A stretch of 64,000 nucleotides of DNA. It comes from Candidatus Thermosaccharophagus tengchongensis. GTDB taxonomy: Bacteria; Armatimonadota; Fervidibacteria; Fervidibacterales; Thermosaccharophagaceae. Position 1 is the first letter of the stretch, and each line of letters begins with the position of its first letter. The notes beneath the pieces were generated by a model, which worked only from the letters and a program-made list of their open reading frames with translations, was not told the DNA's origin and made no database searches. Positions 10,187 through 21,005 of the stretch are shown here, piece by piece. Location of the stretch: the NCBI GenBank assembly GCA_032161105.1, contig JAVHTD010000003.1, one strand, 5' to 3'. A program made the position numbers and the translations under genes.

Positions 10187-10930
10187 TTAAGCATTGCCCT
10201 TATCCCTGCGCATCGTCTTCAAGGCTGAGCTAAGTTTTAATGAGATGAGCCTTGGCAGCGCCGCTCTAAGTATGTCCACCAACTGCCTCCCCCTATGGAT
10301 AAACCCCCTAATGGTGCGCCCGGTATGGCGGTGCTCAAACTTGATTGGGATTTCAACAATGCGCGCGCCTTGTGAAAGCGCATCAATCGTCAACCCCACC
10401 TCCACACCAAATCCGTGTGCGAGCCGGCCAATGCGTTCAATCAACTTGCGGCGCACAGCGCGCTGCCCGCTGAGCGGCGCCTTAGGAACAAACCCTCCAG
10501 AGAGCGCTATGGCAAGCCTCGCAATAGCCTTCGCTAACCCAAAACCACCGAGGTTGCCACTTGGCGGAGGGGCAGCAATAGCCATATCAATATCGCCATC
10601 AACAACAGTCCGTATGAGCGGTTCAAGGCTGATGGCACTCTCGCCAAGATCAGCATCAACGAATAAAAGCACATCGCCTTTAGATGCACTTATGCCCTTC
10701 ATGAGAGCCATCCCTTTGCCGCTGTTGCTCTTCAGCCTGATAACAGCGGATGCTCCGCAGCTTAGAGCAATCTTGGCGGTGTCATCAATTGAACCATCGT
10801 CAACAACGACAACTTCAATGACATGCGGCAGCCGCCACGCAGCCATAATCGTAGAGCCAATCCTATCAGCTTCATTGTATGCGGGTATGATGACTGAAAC
10901 ACACCTGCAAGAGCCGGAGCGCTCGCTCAT
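10187..10930 (-). CDS. GT2 glycosyltransferase (DPM1/polyprenol-phosphate sugar synthase-like)
   Basis: IIPAYNE, VVDDGSIDDT, NSGKG, DxD (FVDADL) and PLSGQRA. Confidence 0.9.
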   Translation of the reverse strand: MSERSGSCRCVSVIIPAYNEADRIGSTIMAAWRLPHVIEVVVVDDGSIDDTAKIALSCGASAVIRLKSNSGKGMALMKGISASKGDVLLFVDADLGESAISLEPLIRTVVDGDIDMAIAAPPPSGNLGGFGLAKAIARLAIALSGGFVPKAPLSGQRAVRRKLIERIGRLAHGFGVEVGLTIDALSQGARIVEIPIKFEHRHTGRTIRGFIHRGRQLVDILRAALPRLISLKLSSALKTMRRDKGNA

Positions 10931-10957
10931 GAGCGTTTGCCACGCTCTCTCATCGCC

Positions 10958-11926
10958 CTACCGTGTTGACCTAATTGTGCCGCCAATGCCCTTGGCATTC
11001 AACTGGAGATTGGGGAAGCGTTCCCTTGCCGTCTCCTTCCAGCCGTAATTACCTTCGTGCCCGGCAAGAGCGTAAGCAATGCAAATTTGCCCAATGGCTG
11101 ATTCGGCATTGTCAACCGTAGGCACACCAATATAGCGGCACGCCGGAACAATTGACCTCTCAACTTCCGATGTCTCGCATATCACGATCTTCGCCCCAAA
11201 CGGCTTCAGCGCCTTTATGAGCTCTAAATCCACCGCCTCAAACTCATCTTCATCTCTGGCTGCCTTGATGCCGCTGATAAGTATCACAGCACCAACCGGG
11301 TGAGAGTAATCCCCAGATAGCGTCACCCAACCACCATGTGCGAACTTTTTGAGTTGGTCATCCTGATCGCCAAACTTGATGAGCCAAGCAAGCTTTGCAA
11401 TCAATGCCCTTCGGTATGCCGAGCGCAAATCGTGCGCATCCTTTGCGACCGGTTGCACCGAGAGGTTACCCGCCAGCCTCACAATGGCATCTTCTGGCAT
11501 GGTGAACACCGTTCTATGAACTTTCGTCACAGACCGAACAACACCGCCGGCTGCCCTCAGCACAAGCTCAAGATCCTTTAGGAATGCCGCATCGCCTTCC
11601 GGAGCTGTCACAATGATGGCTATGTTGCGATACTGCAATACATTGCGAAGGAGCAACGGTGCGGCAGAATGCAAAAACTGTTCATGCCACGCCACCCTTT
11701 GCTTCACCTCAGCCAACTTTGATTGCAGTGAGCGCATGGCTTGCTCCTTCTCACGCAGCTGCTTGTTAACCTCTTCACGATACTGACGAAGTTGCTTTTC
11801 AATATGCGCAGCGAGCTTCTCAACTGCCGGCTGACGGCTTAGCCCAATTCCAACAAGCAAACCGATGAGGAAGAAAACGAGGACAGCAACAAGCGATGCG
11901 TAGTAAAAACGCACATCCATTCCCAT
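10958..11926 (-). CDS. steB: SteB/MctB-family (DUF3186) membrane-anchored coiled-coil protein
   Basis: N-terminal xYYASLVAVL TM segment, coiled coil, and C-terminal PTVDN...GQI...GNYG; lies directly downstream of steA. Confidence 0.8.
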   Translation of the reverse strand: MGMDVRFYYASLVAVLVFFLIGLLVGIGLSRQPAVEKLAAHIEKQLRQYREEVNKQLREKEQAMRSLQSKLAEVKQRVAWHEQFLHSAAPLLLRNVLQYRNIAIIVTAPEGDAAFLKDLELVLRAAGGVVRSVTKVHRTVFTMPEDAIVRLAGNLSVQPVAKDAHDLRSAYRRALIAKLAWLIKFGDQDDQLKKFAHGGWVTLSGDYSHPVGAVILISGIKAARDEDEFEAVDLELIKALKPFGAKIVICETSEVERSIVPACRYIGVPTVDNAESAIGQICIAYALAGHEGNYGWKETARERFPNLQLNAKGIGGTIRSTR

Positions 11927-12011
11927 GGCTCGTTCACCAACTGTCAGCTCAAGGAACACATTGTGAATCAGCGCCGCGTAGCGCCGTTTGCCGCCCCTAA
12001 CCGAAGCGCAA

Positions 12012-13163
12012 TTAGAACACCAACTTGAAAAGCCTTTCCAACTGCACGATTGCCCAAAGGGCGATCGCTCTCAGGAAGCCCATTGTGTATGGCGATGATT
12101 TTGCGATGACAAATGCAGACGCTGCGCCGAGCCCTAAAAGCGCGGCTATGTGCCATAGCTTCAATCCGCCGGAATAAAGCTGGCTGACACCTTTCGCATC
12201 CACAAGCAAATGTCCGAGGCGCAAGCGCGTGAGGAATGTGCTTGCCATCCCCTTGCGTCCCTTCTCAAGGAACTCAATGAAACTCGTGTGCGTTCCGACC
12301 GCTATGATAAGGCTCGCACCACATGCATAAGCGAGGAGCATAGCCGCATCTTCGCTCGTCCCACGCACCGAAAATGTGACAGCTTCAAAGCCCAACCTCC
12401 TCACCCTTTCAAGCCCGGGCGCCTCACCGTCAACATACGCATGCACAACGATGTCGGTGGCACGCCTAAGTGCCTCCTCGGAGACACTGTCCATGTCACC
12501 AAAAACTATGTCGGGCTTCAATCCGAACTCAAGAATGGCATCAGCGCCACCATTAACACCGATGAGCACGGGATGCTCACTGCGCACATATGGCATGATA
12601 GCCCTAAGGTCTTCCTTATACCCGCGCCCGCGGGTCACGATGAGCGCATGTCTGCCATGCAGCTTCGTCTTTAGCTTCGGTGGCATTATGCTCCCGGAAA
12701 GCAACTCGCTCCCCTCTCGCTGAATGTAATCAAGCGTGTTCCTGACAAACGCCTCAACAACCTCGCTGACGCGCCTTGAGAAGGCTTCTTTGCGGCGCTC
12801 AAGTTCATCAGCTGTGAGCGGCTTGCCGCGAAGCACGACATCGTCAAATTTGAGCTCGCCATATGGGATATTGACCTCCACCACTTCACCATCACGCAGC
12901 AGCTCAAAAGCCCTTTTGTCCATCTCGTCAATGATCGGTATGTTGTGTGAGAGGAGGAGCTCAGCACCGCTGGGGGGCAAATTGCCAGTGGCTGAGCTTG
13001 AGATGTTTATCACAGCTGATGCTCCGACCTCAATCAAGCTATAGGCTGCGATCAAATCAATGTCCTCATGATCAATGAGCGCAATTTCGCCCCTCCTCAA
13101 TCTCTTCACGAGCCTTTTGGTGAGCCTGTCCATGCGCACAGGTGCCCGTATAATGCCTTTCAT
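12012..13163 (-). CDS. steA: SteA-family protein (thiamine-pyrophosphokinase-like fold, putative cytokinetic ring protein)
   Basis: TKRLVKRL, DHEDID, GDMDSVS, GTSEDAAM, FLEKGRKGMASTFLTRL and LVDAKGVSQLY, with a C-terminal TM; follows recN. Confidence 0.88.
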   Translation of the reverse strand: MKGIIRAPVRMDRLTKRLVKRLRRGEIALIDHEDIDLIAAYSLIEVGASAVINISSSATGNLPPSGAELLLSHNIPIIDEMDKRAFELLRDGEVVEVNIPYGELKFDDVVLRGKPLTADELERRKEAFSRRVSEVVEAFVRNTLDYIQREGSELLSGSIMPPKLKTKLHGRHALIVTRGRGYKEDLRAIMPYVRSEHPVLIGVNGGADAILEFGLKPDIVFGDMDSVSEEALRRATDIVVHAYVDGEAPGLERVRRLGFEAVTFSVRGTSEDAAMLLAYACGASLIIAVGTHTSFIEFLEKGRKGMASTFLTRLRLGHLLVDAKGVSQLYSGGLKLWHIAALLGLGAASAFVIAKSSPYTMGFLRAIALWAIVQLERLFKLVF

Positions 13164-13221
13164 GCCCTTCACCGCAGCGCTGCACAAAGAGCATGTTCCA
13201 GCTTGCCGCACATGTCAGAGG

Positions 13222-14934
13222 CTAAGCAGCTTGCCTGGTCAACATCTCAGCGGCTTGCTTTAAGGTCGTCTCGGTTATCCTCGTTCCGGCGAGCATCCTC
13301 GCTATCTCAGCAACGCGCTCATCAAACGAAAGGTGATGGGCTCGTATTAGTGTCCGACCGCGCTCTGTCACTTTCCTAACGCTGATGTGGGTATCAGCCA
13401 TGCAGGCAATTTGCGGCAGATGAGTGACGCATATCACCTGAGCGAATTTGGAAACGCCCTTCAGCTTCATGCCGACTGCCTCGGCGGTTCTACCGCCTAT
13501 CCCAACATCAATTTCGTCGAAGATGAGCGTTGGTATCTCGTGCGCTGAGCGCAGGATAGCCCTCAAGGCGAGCATCACGCGTGATATCTCACCGCCGGAG
13601 GCTATTTTTGCGAGCGGCTTTAACGGCTCACCCTCATTGGGCGAAATCAAAAATTCAACTCGGTCAATGCCATCCCTGTCAAAGGCATACTTCTCGCCAT
13701 CAACCGAGAGACCGTCTTCATCCACTTCCCTGACTATGGACACCTTAAACCGAGCCTTGTCCATCATGAGCGAACGCAGTTGCTCTTCCATCGCCATCTC
13801 CATTTCCTTAGCGGCTTCACACCTTGCCCTTGAAAGCTCACCGGCAACCTGCGATAGCCTTTGCCTCAACTCAACTGAGCGCCTTTCAAGCTCTTCAAGG
13901 CGCTCCTCATGCGATTCAAGCAAGCTCAACTCCGCCTCAATTCGCTGTCTGTAGGAGAGCACCTCTTCAATGCTGTCGCCATACTTGCGCTTTAATGCGC
14001 TTATGAGTGCGAGCCTGCTCTCAATCGCCTCAAGCCTCATCGGGTTAAACTCAAGCCCAGATGCATATTCATCAATCTGCTCAGCCACATCCTCAAGCGA
14101 GTAAATAGCCTGCTCAATTTGCTCCGAGTGCTCACTCAATCTCCTGTCCCACTGAGATGCCCTCCTCAACTCAACCAAAACCGCTGAAAGGAGTGGAATT
14201 GCACCCTCAACATCCTCCTCGCCACGCAGGCATTTGCGCATCCTCCCGATCGCCTCTAAGAGCTTCTCGGAGTGTAAAAGCCTTTGCCGCTCCGCTTTGA
14301 GTTCTTCCTCCTCGCCGGGGACGAGTTTTGCGGCATCAATCTCACGCGCCTGATAGCGAAGCAGGTCTATGCGCCTTTCACGCTCACGCTCGCTGCTCAT
14401 CATCTTGCGCTTAAGCCCTTCAACCTCTTTGAGGGAATCGTAGAGAGAGCGATACTCCTCAATCAAGCCCCACAATCGCTCACCGCCATACCTGTCAAGG
14501 TAAGCGAGATGAGTTTCCGGGCGTAGCAAAGACTGATGCTCATGTTGTCCATGTATGTCAACGAGCAATTCACCGATGCGCTTTAGCATCTTCAAGCCAA
14601 CCGGACGCCCATTGATGAAACATTTCGTCCTCCCGATGCGCTCCAGAACTCTGCAAACGATGAGTTCACTTGTCTCATCACAGCCGAATTCATTCAAAGC
14701 CCTCCGTATGGCTTCGTGCCCATGCAGCTGAAACACAGCCTCAACAATTGCGGTATCAGCTCCGGTGCGTATCTGCTCAACATCGGCGCGCTCGCCAACC
14801 GCAAGCGATATGGCGTTTATGAGGATTGACTTACCAGCGCCCGTCTCGCCTGTGAGGACATTCAATCCGGGACCCAACTCAAGCTCAAGCTCATCAATCA
14901 AAGCGAGGTTTTTGACCCTGAGCAGCTTCAGCAT
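13222..14934 (-). CDS. recN: DNA repair protein RecN
   Basis: Walker A TGETGAGKS, DIHGQHEHQ, ASGGEISR, FDEID and VTHLPQIA. Confidence 0.97.
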   Translation of the reverse strand: MLKLLRVKNLALIDELELELGPGLNVLTGETGAGKSILINAISLAVGERADVEQIRTGADTAIVEAVFQLHGHEAIRRALNEFGCDETSELIVCRVLERIGRTKCFINGRPVGLKMLKRIGELLVDIHGQHEHQSLLRPETHLAYLDRYGGERLWGLIEEYRSLYDSLKEVEGLKRKMMSSERERERRIDLLRYQAREIDAAKLVPGEEEELKAERQRLLHSEKLLEAIGRMRKCLRGEEDVEGAIPLLSAVLVELRRASQWDRRLSEHSEQIEQAIYSLEDVAEQIDEYASGLEFNPMRLEAIESRLALISALKRKYGDSIEEVLSYRQRIEAELSLLESHEERLEELERRSVELRQRLSQVAGELSRARCEAAKEMEMAMEEQLRSLMMDKARFKVSIVREVDEDGLSVDGEKYAFDRDGIDRVEFLISPNEGEPLKPLAKIASGGEISRVMLALRAILRSAHEIPTLIFDEIDVGIGGRTAEAVGMKLKGVSKFAQVICVTHLPQIACMADTHISVRKVTERGRTLIRAHHLSFDERVAEIARMLAGTRITETTLKQAAEMLTRQAA

Positions 14935-14949
14935 CGCAGTTCGCCTTCC

Positions 14950-15867
14950 TTAAGCCACACCGCCGCGCTGCTTGATTATCGGCTCTTCCTTGTAGCCCCA
15001 CTTAAGCTTTTGGCGTAGCCTCCCAAGAAAATCAAACTTGCGTAACCTGACCAAGTTCGCCTTATACTCGGATGCCTTCACATACACCTCATCGTCCTTG
15101 AGCAACTTCAAAGTCAACTGCCCGTCAACCATGACGGTGACATCCATCGGCATCGCTTTCATTTCGGATATCCTGATTGAGACCTCCACCGACTGGGATG
15201 TGACAACCGGTCTGACATGGAGGGAATGAGCGCAGATTGGGTTTATGATGAACACATCTGCATCCGGAGTGACTATTGGTCCGCCGGCTGAGAGCGAGTA
15301 TGCAGTTGACCCAGTCGGCGTGGCTACGATTACGCCATCAGCAAGCTCAGCCATCAAAAGCTCACCGTTGATTCGCACCTCAAACATCGGGACTTGCGAC
15401 AGCGCCCCCCTTGAAACGACGACATCGTTCAAGCCATAATTGAGCCACACCGTTTGCCCTTCCCTGTGAACGACCGCCTGAAACAGCCTCCGAGATTCAA
15501 TCAGATGCTCCCCATTGAGTATCATCTCAAGTGCCCATTCCACATCTTGCCAATCAACCTCGCTCAGAAAGCCGAGCCCGCCAACTCTCACCCCGAATAT
15601 TGGCGTCCCATGCTTTGCAGCCATGCGCACCGCACTCAAAATGCACCCATCGCCGCCAAGCGCAAATATCATGTCAGACGAAGCTATGTCATCCTGGTGG
15701 GCAGAGCATGAGTGCTTGCCAACAAGCTCGGCACACTCGCTTGTGAGGAGCATATTGATTCCCCTTTCATCAAGCGCCGCAACAACGCTGCGTAAGGCAA
15801 TCTCAATACTCGGCTTGTGCAAAGCAGCCACAATCCCAATGACGCGCACATCACCTTTCGGCTTCAT
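14950..15867 (-). CDS. nadK: NAD(+) kinase
   Basis: GGDG, LND, and ADGVIVATPTGSTAYSLSAGGP. Confidence 0.95.
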   Translation of the reverse strand: MKPKGDVRVIGIVAALHKPSIEIALRSVVAALDERGINMLLTSECAELVGKHSCSAHQDDIASSDMIFALGGDGCILSAVRMAAKHGTPIFGVRVGGLGFLSEVDWQDVEWALEMILNGEHLIESRRLFQAVVHREGQTVWLNYGLNDVVVSRGALSQVPMFEVRINGELLMAELADGVIVATPTGSTAYSLSAGGPIVTPDADVFIINPICAHSLHVRPVVTSQSVEVSIRISEMKAMPMDVTVMVDGQLTLKLLKDDEVYVKASEYKANLVRLRKFDFLGRLRQKLKWGYKEEPIIKQRGGVA

Positions 15868-16080
15868 GCAACTTCGCCTCACAAAGCGTGCTTTGACAGA
15901 TTGCACCCAATGTCAAAGGTAACGCGCTTAAGCCCCTTTTAGGAAGGGAAGGCACACAGCTGAATGTGAGGGTGGTTCACAACCCGCAATGCGGCATCAC
16001 TAAGAGGGCATCCAATCTCGCCTCTGCGGAGAGCAGCTGCTACCACACGAAATTCATCCACCGATGGTGCTGGATTGGAG

Positions 16081-17748
16081 CTATTGAACAGTCTTGAGGC
16101 GCTCCCTTAACCTCTTCAGGTTCTCTTCAGCTGGTTTATGCTTCGGGTCAACTTCAAGCGCCTTAAGATAGCACTTCTCGGCATCTTGCAACTTGCCCTG
16201 CCTCTCATACACTGCTCCCAAGCCATTCCACGCATCGGCGTTTTTTGGATCCAGCTCGGTGGCACGCCTGTATTCATCCAACGCAAGACCCAAGTTGCCG
16301 CGGGTGTAATGGATGAAACCGAGCAAGACCCTCGCCGGCGCGTTCTTCGGATCTCTAACTGAGACCTCTTTACACAACTCCATTGCCTCATCATACCGCT
16401 TAAGCTCAACGAGCACATCGGCGAGCTCCAATCTGGCTTCCAAGCTCTCCGGCTGCAGCTTCAGCACCTCATTCCATTCCGCTGCAGCCTTCTCAAAGTC
16501 GCCATTAGCCCTGTATGCGATCGCGAGGTTTTGGCGAGCCGTAATGAATGCCACATCTTCCTTCACAGCCCTTTGGAAGTATTGGATAGCCTCATTGCGT
16601 TTTCCGAGGAGGAAATAAATTCTGCCGATGTTGTTAAACAGCGCCGGCTGCGGCTTGAGAGCAGCTGCGAGCAAGTAGGAGTTGAGGGCTTTCTCCAAAT
16701 CATTCTGACGCTCATACAACTCCGCCAAAGCAACATGCGCATCCCAACACTGCGGGTCAGCTTCCGCAGCTCGCTTGAAATAGTTTATAGCCTCAACCAA
16801 CCTGCCCTTCTGCTCATATGCAAGTCCAAGCGCGTAGCTCACCTGAGACGAATTATCACCGAGCTTGACTGCCCTCTCAAGCACGGTTATAGCCTCCGAG
16901 ATTCGCCCCGCATTCAAGAGGGCAAGCCCGAGGTCTGAATGATACGATGCATTCTGCGGCGCAAGTCCCACTGCCTGTGCGTAGCTCTCTATCGCCTTAT
17001 CCATCATCTTCAAGCGAGCGTAGCAGTGCCCCATGCTGCTGTGCAACTCAGATTGGTCGCAGCGCCTCATAGCCACAGCCCTGAAGCGCTCAATCGCCTG
17101 ATCATACTTGCCAGCCGAAAGTATTGACAGGGCATCCTTCATCGCCGCCGCAATGTGCTTCTCTTCAACCTTCTGTCCGAGCTTTGCGGCGAATAGCTCA
17201 ATCACCTTTTCATATGCCTCTATGGCTCGCATGTATAACTCCGCAGCCTCTTTCACCTTACCAGCGCCCTCCATCTGTGTCGCCTTAAGGAGGATGGCAT
17301 TGCCAAGATTGAAATGGGCTTCGCTGAGCTTGCTGTTGAGCCTTGTAGCCTCAGTGTATGCGCCTATAGCCTCATCAAGCTTGCCCTTTGCTTGGAGTGC
17401 ACAGCCCAAATTGTTCCATGCTACAGCGAGCACACTTGCGTCGCCCTTGAGCTTAACTGCCTTCTCAAAGTTGGCAATTGAATGGTCGTATTGCTTCTTG
17501 TGGAGATAAATGAGCCCGATGTATGTGAGCGCCTCAACATCTTCGGGGTTAACTTCAACCACTGCCTGAAAGCCTTGCAATGCTCCGTCATAGTCACCCT
17601 GCCGGAACTTCTCGCAGGCTTGATTGAATGTCTCAACCACATCTGCAGCTACGACTAAGCCCATACGGATGGCAACGACGGCGCAAATTATGCAGATTGA
17701 CAGCATCAGAATTGACACATTGGCAAAGCGAAGCAACCTCCCGTTCAT
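16081..17748 (-). CDS. Exported or membrane-anchored TPR-repeat protein
   Basis: Hydrophobic N-terminus followed by more than 10 34-aa TPR units (AWNNLG...A...Y..A). Confidence 0.88.
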   Translation of the reverse strand: MNGRLLRFANVSILMLSICIICAVVAIRMGLVVAADVVETFNQACEKFRQGDYDGALQGFQAVVEVNPEDVEALTYIGLIYLHKKQYDHSIANFEKAVKLKGDASVLAVAWNNLGCALQAKGKLDEAIGAYTEATRLNSKLSEAHFNLGNAILLKATQMEGAGKVKEAAELYMRAIEAYEKVIELFAAKLGQKVEEKHIAAAMKDALSILSAGKYDQAIERFRAVAMRRCDQSELHSSMGHCYARLKMMDKAIESYAQAVGLAPQNASYHSDLGLALLNAGRISEAITVLERAVKLGDNSSQVSYALGLAYEQKGRLVEAINYFKRAAEADPQCWDAHVALAELYERQNDLEKALNSYLLAAALKPQPALFNNIGRIYFLLGKRNEAIQYFQRAVKEDVAFITARQNLAIAYRANGDFEKAAAEWNEVLKLQPESLEARLELADVLVELKRYDEAMELCKEVSVRDPKNAPARVLLGFIHYTRGNLGLALDEYRRATELDPKNADAWNGLGAVYERQGKLQDAEKCYLKALEVDPKHKPAEENLKRLRERLKTVQ

Positions 17749-17892
17749 GCCTCACAACCCCCGCTCAATCAGTATTGGATATGCTGAGAGCACGCCGGCG
17801 CAATGGGACTACACCAAGCGATGCTGAATGCTAATTTTGCCGTCAGCGATTGATGAGCGCTATCCTCGCCTTTGAAGTGGCAAGCGCCCATT

Positions 17893-18720
17893 TCAACGGA
17901 GCACAAATTTGTGGATTGCGTATGCGACGCCGTCGTCATCGGCGCTTGGGACAACCTCGTGTGCAACCCGTTTGACCTCCTCGGGGCTATTCGCCATAGC
18001 CACCCTCAATCCGGCACATTGAAGCATGTCAATGTCGTTCAAGTTATCACCTATCGCCATCACTTGCTCCTTAGGTATAGCCAACCTTTCCAAAATAACC
18101 GTAAGCGCCTTACCCTTGCTCCCGTCCTTGTGATGGACCTCAACGACCCATCCGCCATATGCCACGCTATACGACGCGGTGATTGACAATGCCTCACCAA
18201 ACTCGCTCTTTAGCCGCCTTACGCAATTCAAAGCCACATCCTCATCCCCAATGGCTACAACTGTTGCCGGTTCAAATGGCATTGATTGAGTCAAATCATC
18301 AACCCACTCCAATCTGGCTATGTTGCGCTCAACATATGCCTCAGGTGGCGGTAGAATCCTTTCGGCGACCACGCAATCGCTCTCAATCCCGTCGGCCATC
18401 GCCACCGAACCCATGCCACAGCCCCTTATGACCGTTACCACCTTCTCCGCCAGCTCAACCGGTATGAGCACATGGTGCCAAACTGCACAGCTGCCCCAGT
18501 GCAACACAACTGCGCCACCAAACAAAATCACCGGTCCTGAAAGACCGAGCTCCTCCATCAAGTGGCGCATCGTATACCTGCTCCTTCCGGTTGCCGGAAC
18601 GACCTCACATCCGAGCTCAATTGCCATCCTGATTGCGGATTTAACCCTTTCCGTAGGCACCTTACTGCTCCCTATGAGCGTCCCGTCAACATCGGCTGCG
18701 ATTAGCTTTATCTGCGGCAT
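17893..18720 (-). CDS. Cof-type HAD-IIB hydrolase
   Basis: DVDGTL, ATGR, SKG and GDNLNDIDM. Confidence 0.93.
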   Translation of the reverse strand: MPQIKLIAADVDGTLIGSSKVPTERVKSAIRMAIELGCEVVPATGRSRYTMRHLMEELGLSGPVILFGGAVVLHWGSCAVWHHVLIPVELAEKVVTVIRGCGMGSVAMADGIESDCVVAERILPPPEAYVERNIARLEWVDDLTQSMPFEPATVVAIGDEDVALNCVRRLKSEFGEALSITASYSVAYGGWVVEVHHKDGSKGKALTVILERLAIPKEQVMAIGDNLNDIDMLQCAGLRVAMANSPEEVKRVAHEVVPSADDDGVAYAIHKFVLR

Positions 18721-18781
18721 TGACAATGCGAGCACCCCATTGCGAGCGATTGGAGCCGTTTGCCTTTGCAAGGCTTATCGG

Positions 18782-19567
18782 TCATTGCTGTCCCTTGAGC
18801 TGCTCTTCAATGGCTTGCAAGTTAAAACCATACTTTGCACCGTGCTGCGAAATTACCCTTCGCACATACTGCAATCTTTCCCTCGGATGCGGATGCGTTC
18901 TGAGGAGGCGCGTGATTGCGCTATCCCGTGAGCCCTCCATCCTCAAAAACATGTTCAAGACCTTGAGAGCACCTATTGGGTTATAGCCAGCTTGCATCAT
19001 GTAGATGACGCCATACTTGTCAGCTTCACGCTCATGTGAGCGTGAATAGCCTCTCTCATGCAGTGCCAGCGCCACTGAGACACCCATGCGCACGATCTCG
19101 CTGTCTGGCACAAAGACGCTCGCAGCAACCCCTAAGGCGAGCCTCTCGCTAATTTGCTTGCGCGCATGCTTCATAGCTATGTGCGCCACTTCGTGACCCA
19201 CAACATAAGCCAGCTCCTCATCTGTAGAGCACAAATCCATTAGCCTCTTGGTGACATACACGAATCCGCCCGGAAGCGAGACTGCGTTTACCCATTCATC
19301 GTTGTTGAGCACCTTGAATGTGTAACTTACATCCCTGCGCGGGCACACTGAAGCAATCTTTGATCCAACACGCTGCAGCCTCTCAACATGAACACCACTT
19401 ACGAGGGCTCCACCATATTCACGCTCAACTTCAACCGCCGCCTGCTTCCCCACACGCACTTCAAGGTCTCTCGTCAACAAATCAATCCCAAATGCACCTT
19501 TTAATGCGCACAGGGTGAACAATGCCAAAATAGCAACTCCGATTTTGCATCGCACTAACATGCGCAT
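18782..19567 (-). CDS. M48-family zinc metalloprotease (exported)
   Basis: NAVSLPGG, HEVAH, YSRSHEREAD and THP; signal peptide. Confidence 0.92.
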   Translation of the reverse strand: MRMLVRCKIGVAILALFTLCALKGAFGIDLLTRDLEVRVGKQAAVEVEREYGGALVSGVHVERLQRVGSKIASVCPRRDVSYTFKVLNNDEWVNAVSLPGGFVYVTKRLMDLCSTDEELAYVVGHEVAHIAMKHARKQISERLALGVAASVFVPDSEIVRMGVSVALALHERGYSRSHEREADKYGVIYMMQAGYNPIGALKVLNMFLRMEGSRDSAITRLLRTHPHPRERLQYVRRVISQHGAKYGFNLQAIEEQLKGQQ

Positions 19568-19583
19568 ACCACCTGCATATGAG

Positions 19584-20294
19584 TTACCGAACTAAGCCTA
19601 TGCGCCATAAAGGCCACCAGCGAAACAATGCCTTCCCCTGCAACCTATCCCTCGTGACGAAGCCCCAGCGCCTGCTATCGGAGCTGTTTGAGCGGTTATC
19701 GCCCATCACAAAATAGCACCCTTCGGGGACGCGCACCCAACGCTTGCCCGAATGCATAACTACACACTTTGAAAGCTCGTGAGCATTCATCCAGTCGCCG
19801 AAGTCATCGGGGAAGTTCTCAAAGCTTCTAAATTGGACATAGGGTTCGTCAAGCTTCTCACCGTTGACGAAAACCTGCCCACCCTCAATCCTGATGAGGT
19901 CATTCGGTATCCCGATGACCCGCTTTATGTATGTCGTCTGATTTTGGTGAGCGCTTAACTTGAGCGCCTCTGGCGGTGCCTCAAAGACGACCACCTCCTG
20001 CCTCCTCGGTTCGCGAAAGCGATAGAGGAACTTGCTGACCAATATCTTGTCGTTGACCTCAAGCGTTGGGCTCATTGAAGATGACGGTATGTGGAAGGCA
20101 TGCACAATGAACGGGCGTATGATAAGCATCACAAGGATGAGCGCAAACAGCAATGCCTCTACAATTTCAATCAGCTGCTTGCGCACAACTTCAAGCCTAT
20201 CCCATGATGCTAATGCCAACGCAGCCCTAACTATCGCAAGGACAACAATAACAACCCCCCACAGGGCTGGCGATGACAGCACTTCCCAGCGCAT
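19584..20294 (-). CDS. lepB: Signal peptidase I
   Basis: IPSSSMSPTL, YIKRVIG and GDNRSNSSDSR. Confidence 0.95.
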   Translation of the reverse strand: MRWEVLSSPALWGVVIVVLAIVRAALALASWDRLEVVRKQLIEIVEALLFALILVMLIIRPFIVHAFHIPSSSMSPTLEVNDKILVSKFLYRFREPRRQEVVVFEAPPEALKLSAHQNQTTYIKRVIGIPNDLIRIEGGQVFVNGEKLDEPYVQFRSFENFPDDFGDWMNAHELSKCVVMHSGKRWVRVPEGCYFVMGDNRSNSSDSRRWGFVTRDRLQGKALFRWWPLWRIGLVR

Positions 20295-20369
20295 CCGTAT
20301 TCACTTCCCATCTGACGAATCGCCAGCGATAAAGCTTATGTCACTGCACCATGCCATCATCCCTCGTGG

Positions 20370-20792
20370 CTATTCATCTGTGCCCTCCAGCGCTGCGCTT
20401 TCGGATTCACGCGAGCGCTGCTTATCGGCTTCAGCCCTCGCTCTATCCTCCTTCAACCTCGCAGCCTTGCCCTTGAGCTCACGAAGGTAGTAAAGGCGAG
20501 CTCGCCTGACCTTCTGCCGCCTGACGACCTCCAAGCGAACAATGCTCGGTGAATGGAGGAAGAAAGTCCTCTCAATAGCGACATTGTGTGCGCCAATACG
20601 CCTGACCGTGAATGTCTCGCTTGTGCCACTGCCTCTCCTTCGTATTACGACTCCTTCAAACACCTGCTCCTTCTCCTTGTCGCCCTCAAGATACCTCGTT
20701 GTGACTCGCACGATGTCACCCGGACGAAAGTCGGGAAGTTCATCCTTGCGCATGTAGTTCCGCTCAACTTGCTGTAATAGGCGCATATCCAT
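20370..20792 (-). CDS. rplS: 50S ribosomal protein L19
   Basis: [20 protein letters not shown] and [19 protein letters not shown]. Confidence 0.97.
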   Translation of the reverse strand: MDMRLLQQVERNYMRKDELPDFRPGDIVRVTTRYLEGDKEKEQVFEGVVIRRRGSGTSETFTVRRIGAHNVAIERTFFLHSPSIVRLEVVRRQKVRRARLYYLRELKGKAARLKEDRARAEADKQRSRESESAALEGTDE

Positions 20793-20943
20793 AGTTGCCT
20801 ACCTCCCAACGGTCTGTGAAGCCCGCAATCAGCATCTGAGAACTCATTCTCACATCAACGCATAATCAACTCACCATGCCAATTTGAGCGAGGTCAACTG
20901 CCATGAGTTGGGGAAATCCAACAGGGCTATATGTGCCAAAGCC

Positions 20944-20955
20944 ATTATAGCGCGC
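20944..20955 (-). promoter_or_regulatory. Putative sigma70 -10 element upstream of rplS
   Basis: Reverse complement reads GCGCGCTATAAT. Confidence 0.55.
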
Positions 20956-21005
20956 ATGTGCTTTCCATGCGCAATGGGACGGAATTGGGCAACACAAAAG
21001 ACTCA

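Noticed and set aside
10194..11048. Long antisense ORFs (e.g. 10194-11048, 44404-45234, 35218-35976, 27109-27780)
   Set aside because: They are shadows of well-supported genes on the opposite strand and carry no motifs.
10958..13163. Literal 'copper transporter' and 'thiamine pyrophosphokinase' functions
   Set aside because: These are legacy family names. The recN-linked pair matches SteAB.
15965..15981. CRP box TGTGA...TCACA (also at 60279-60293)
   Set aside because: The spacers are 7 and 5 nt, not the canonical 6.
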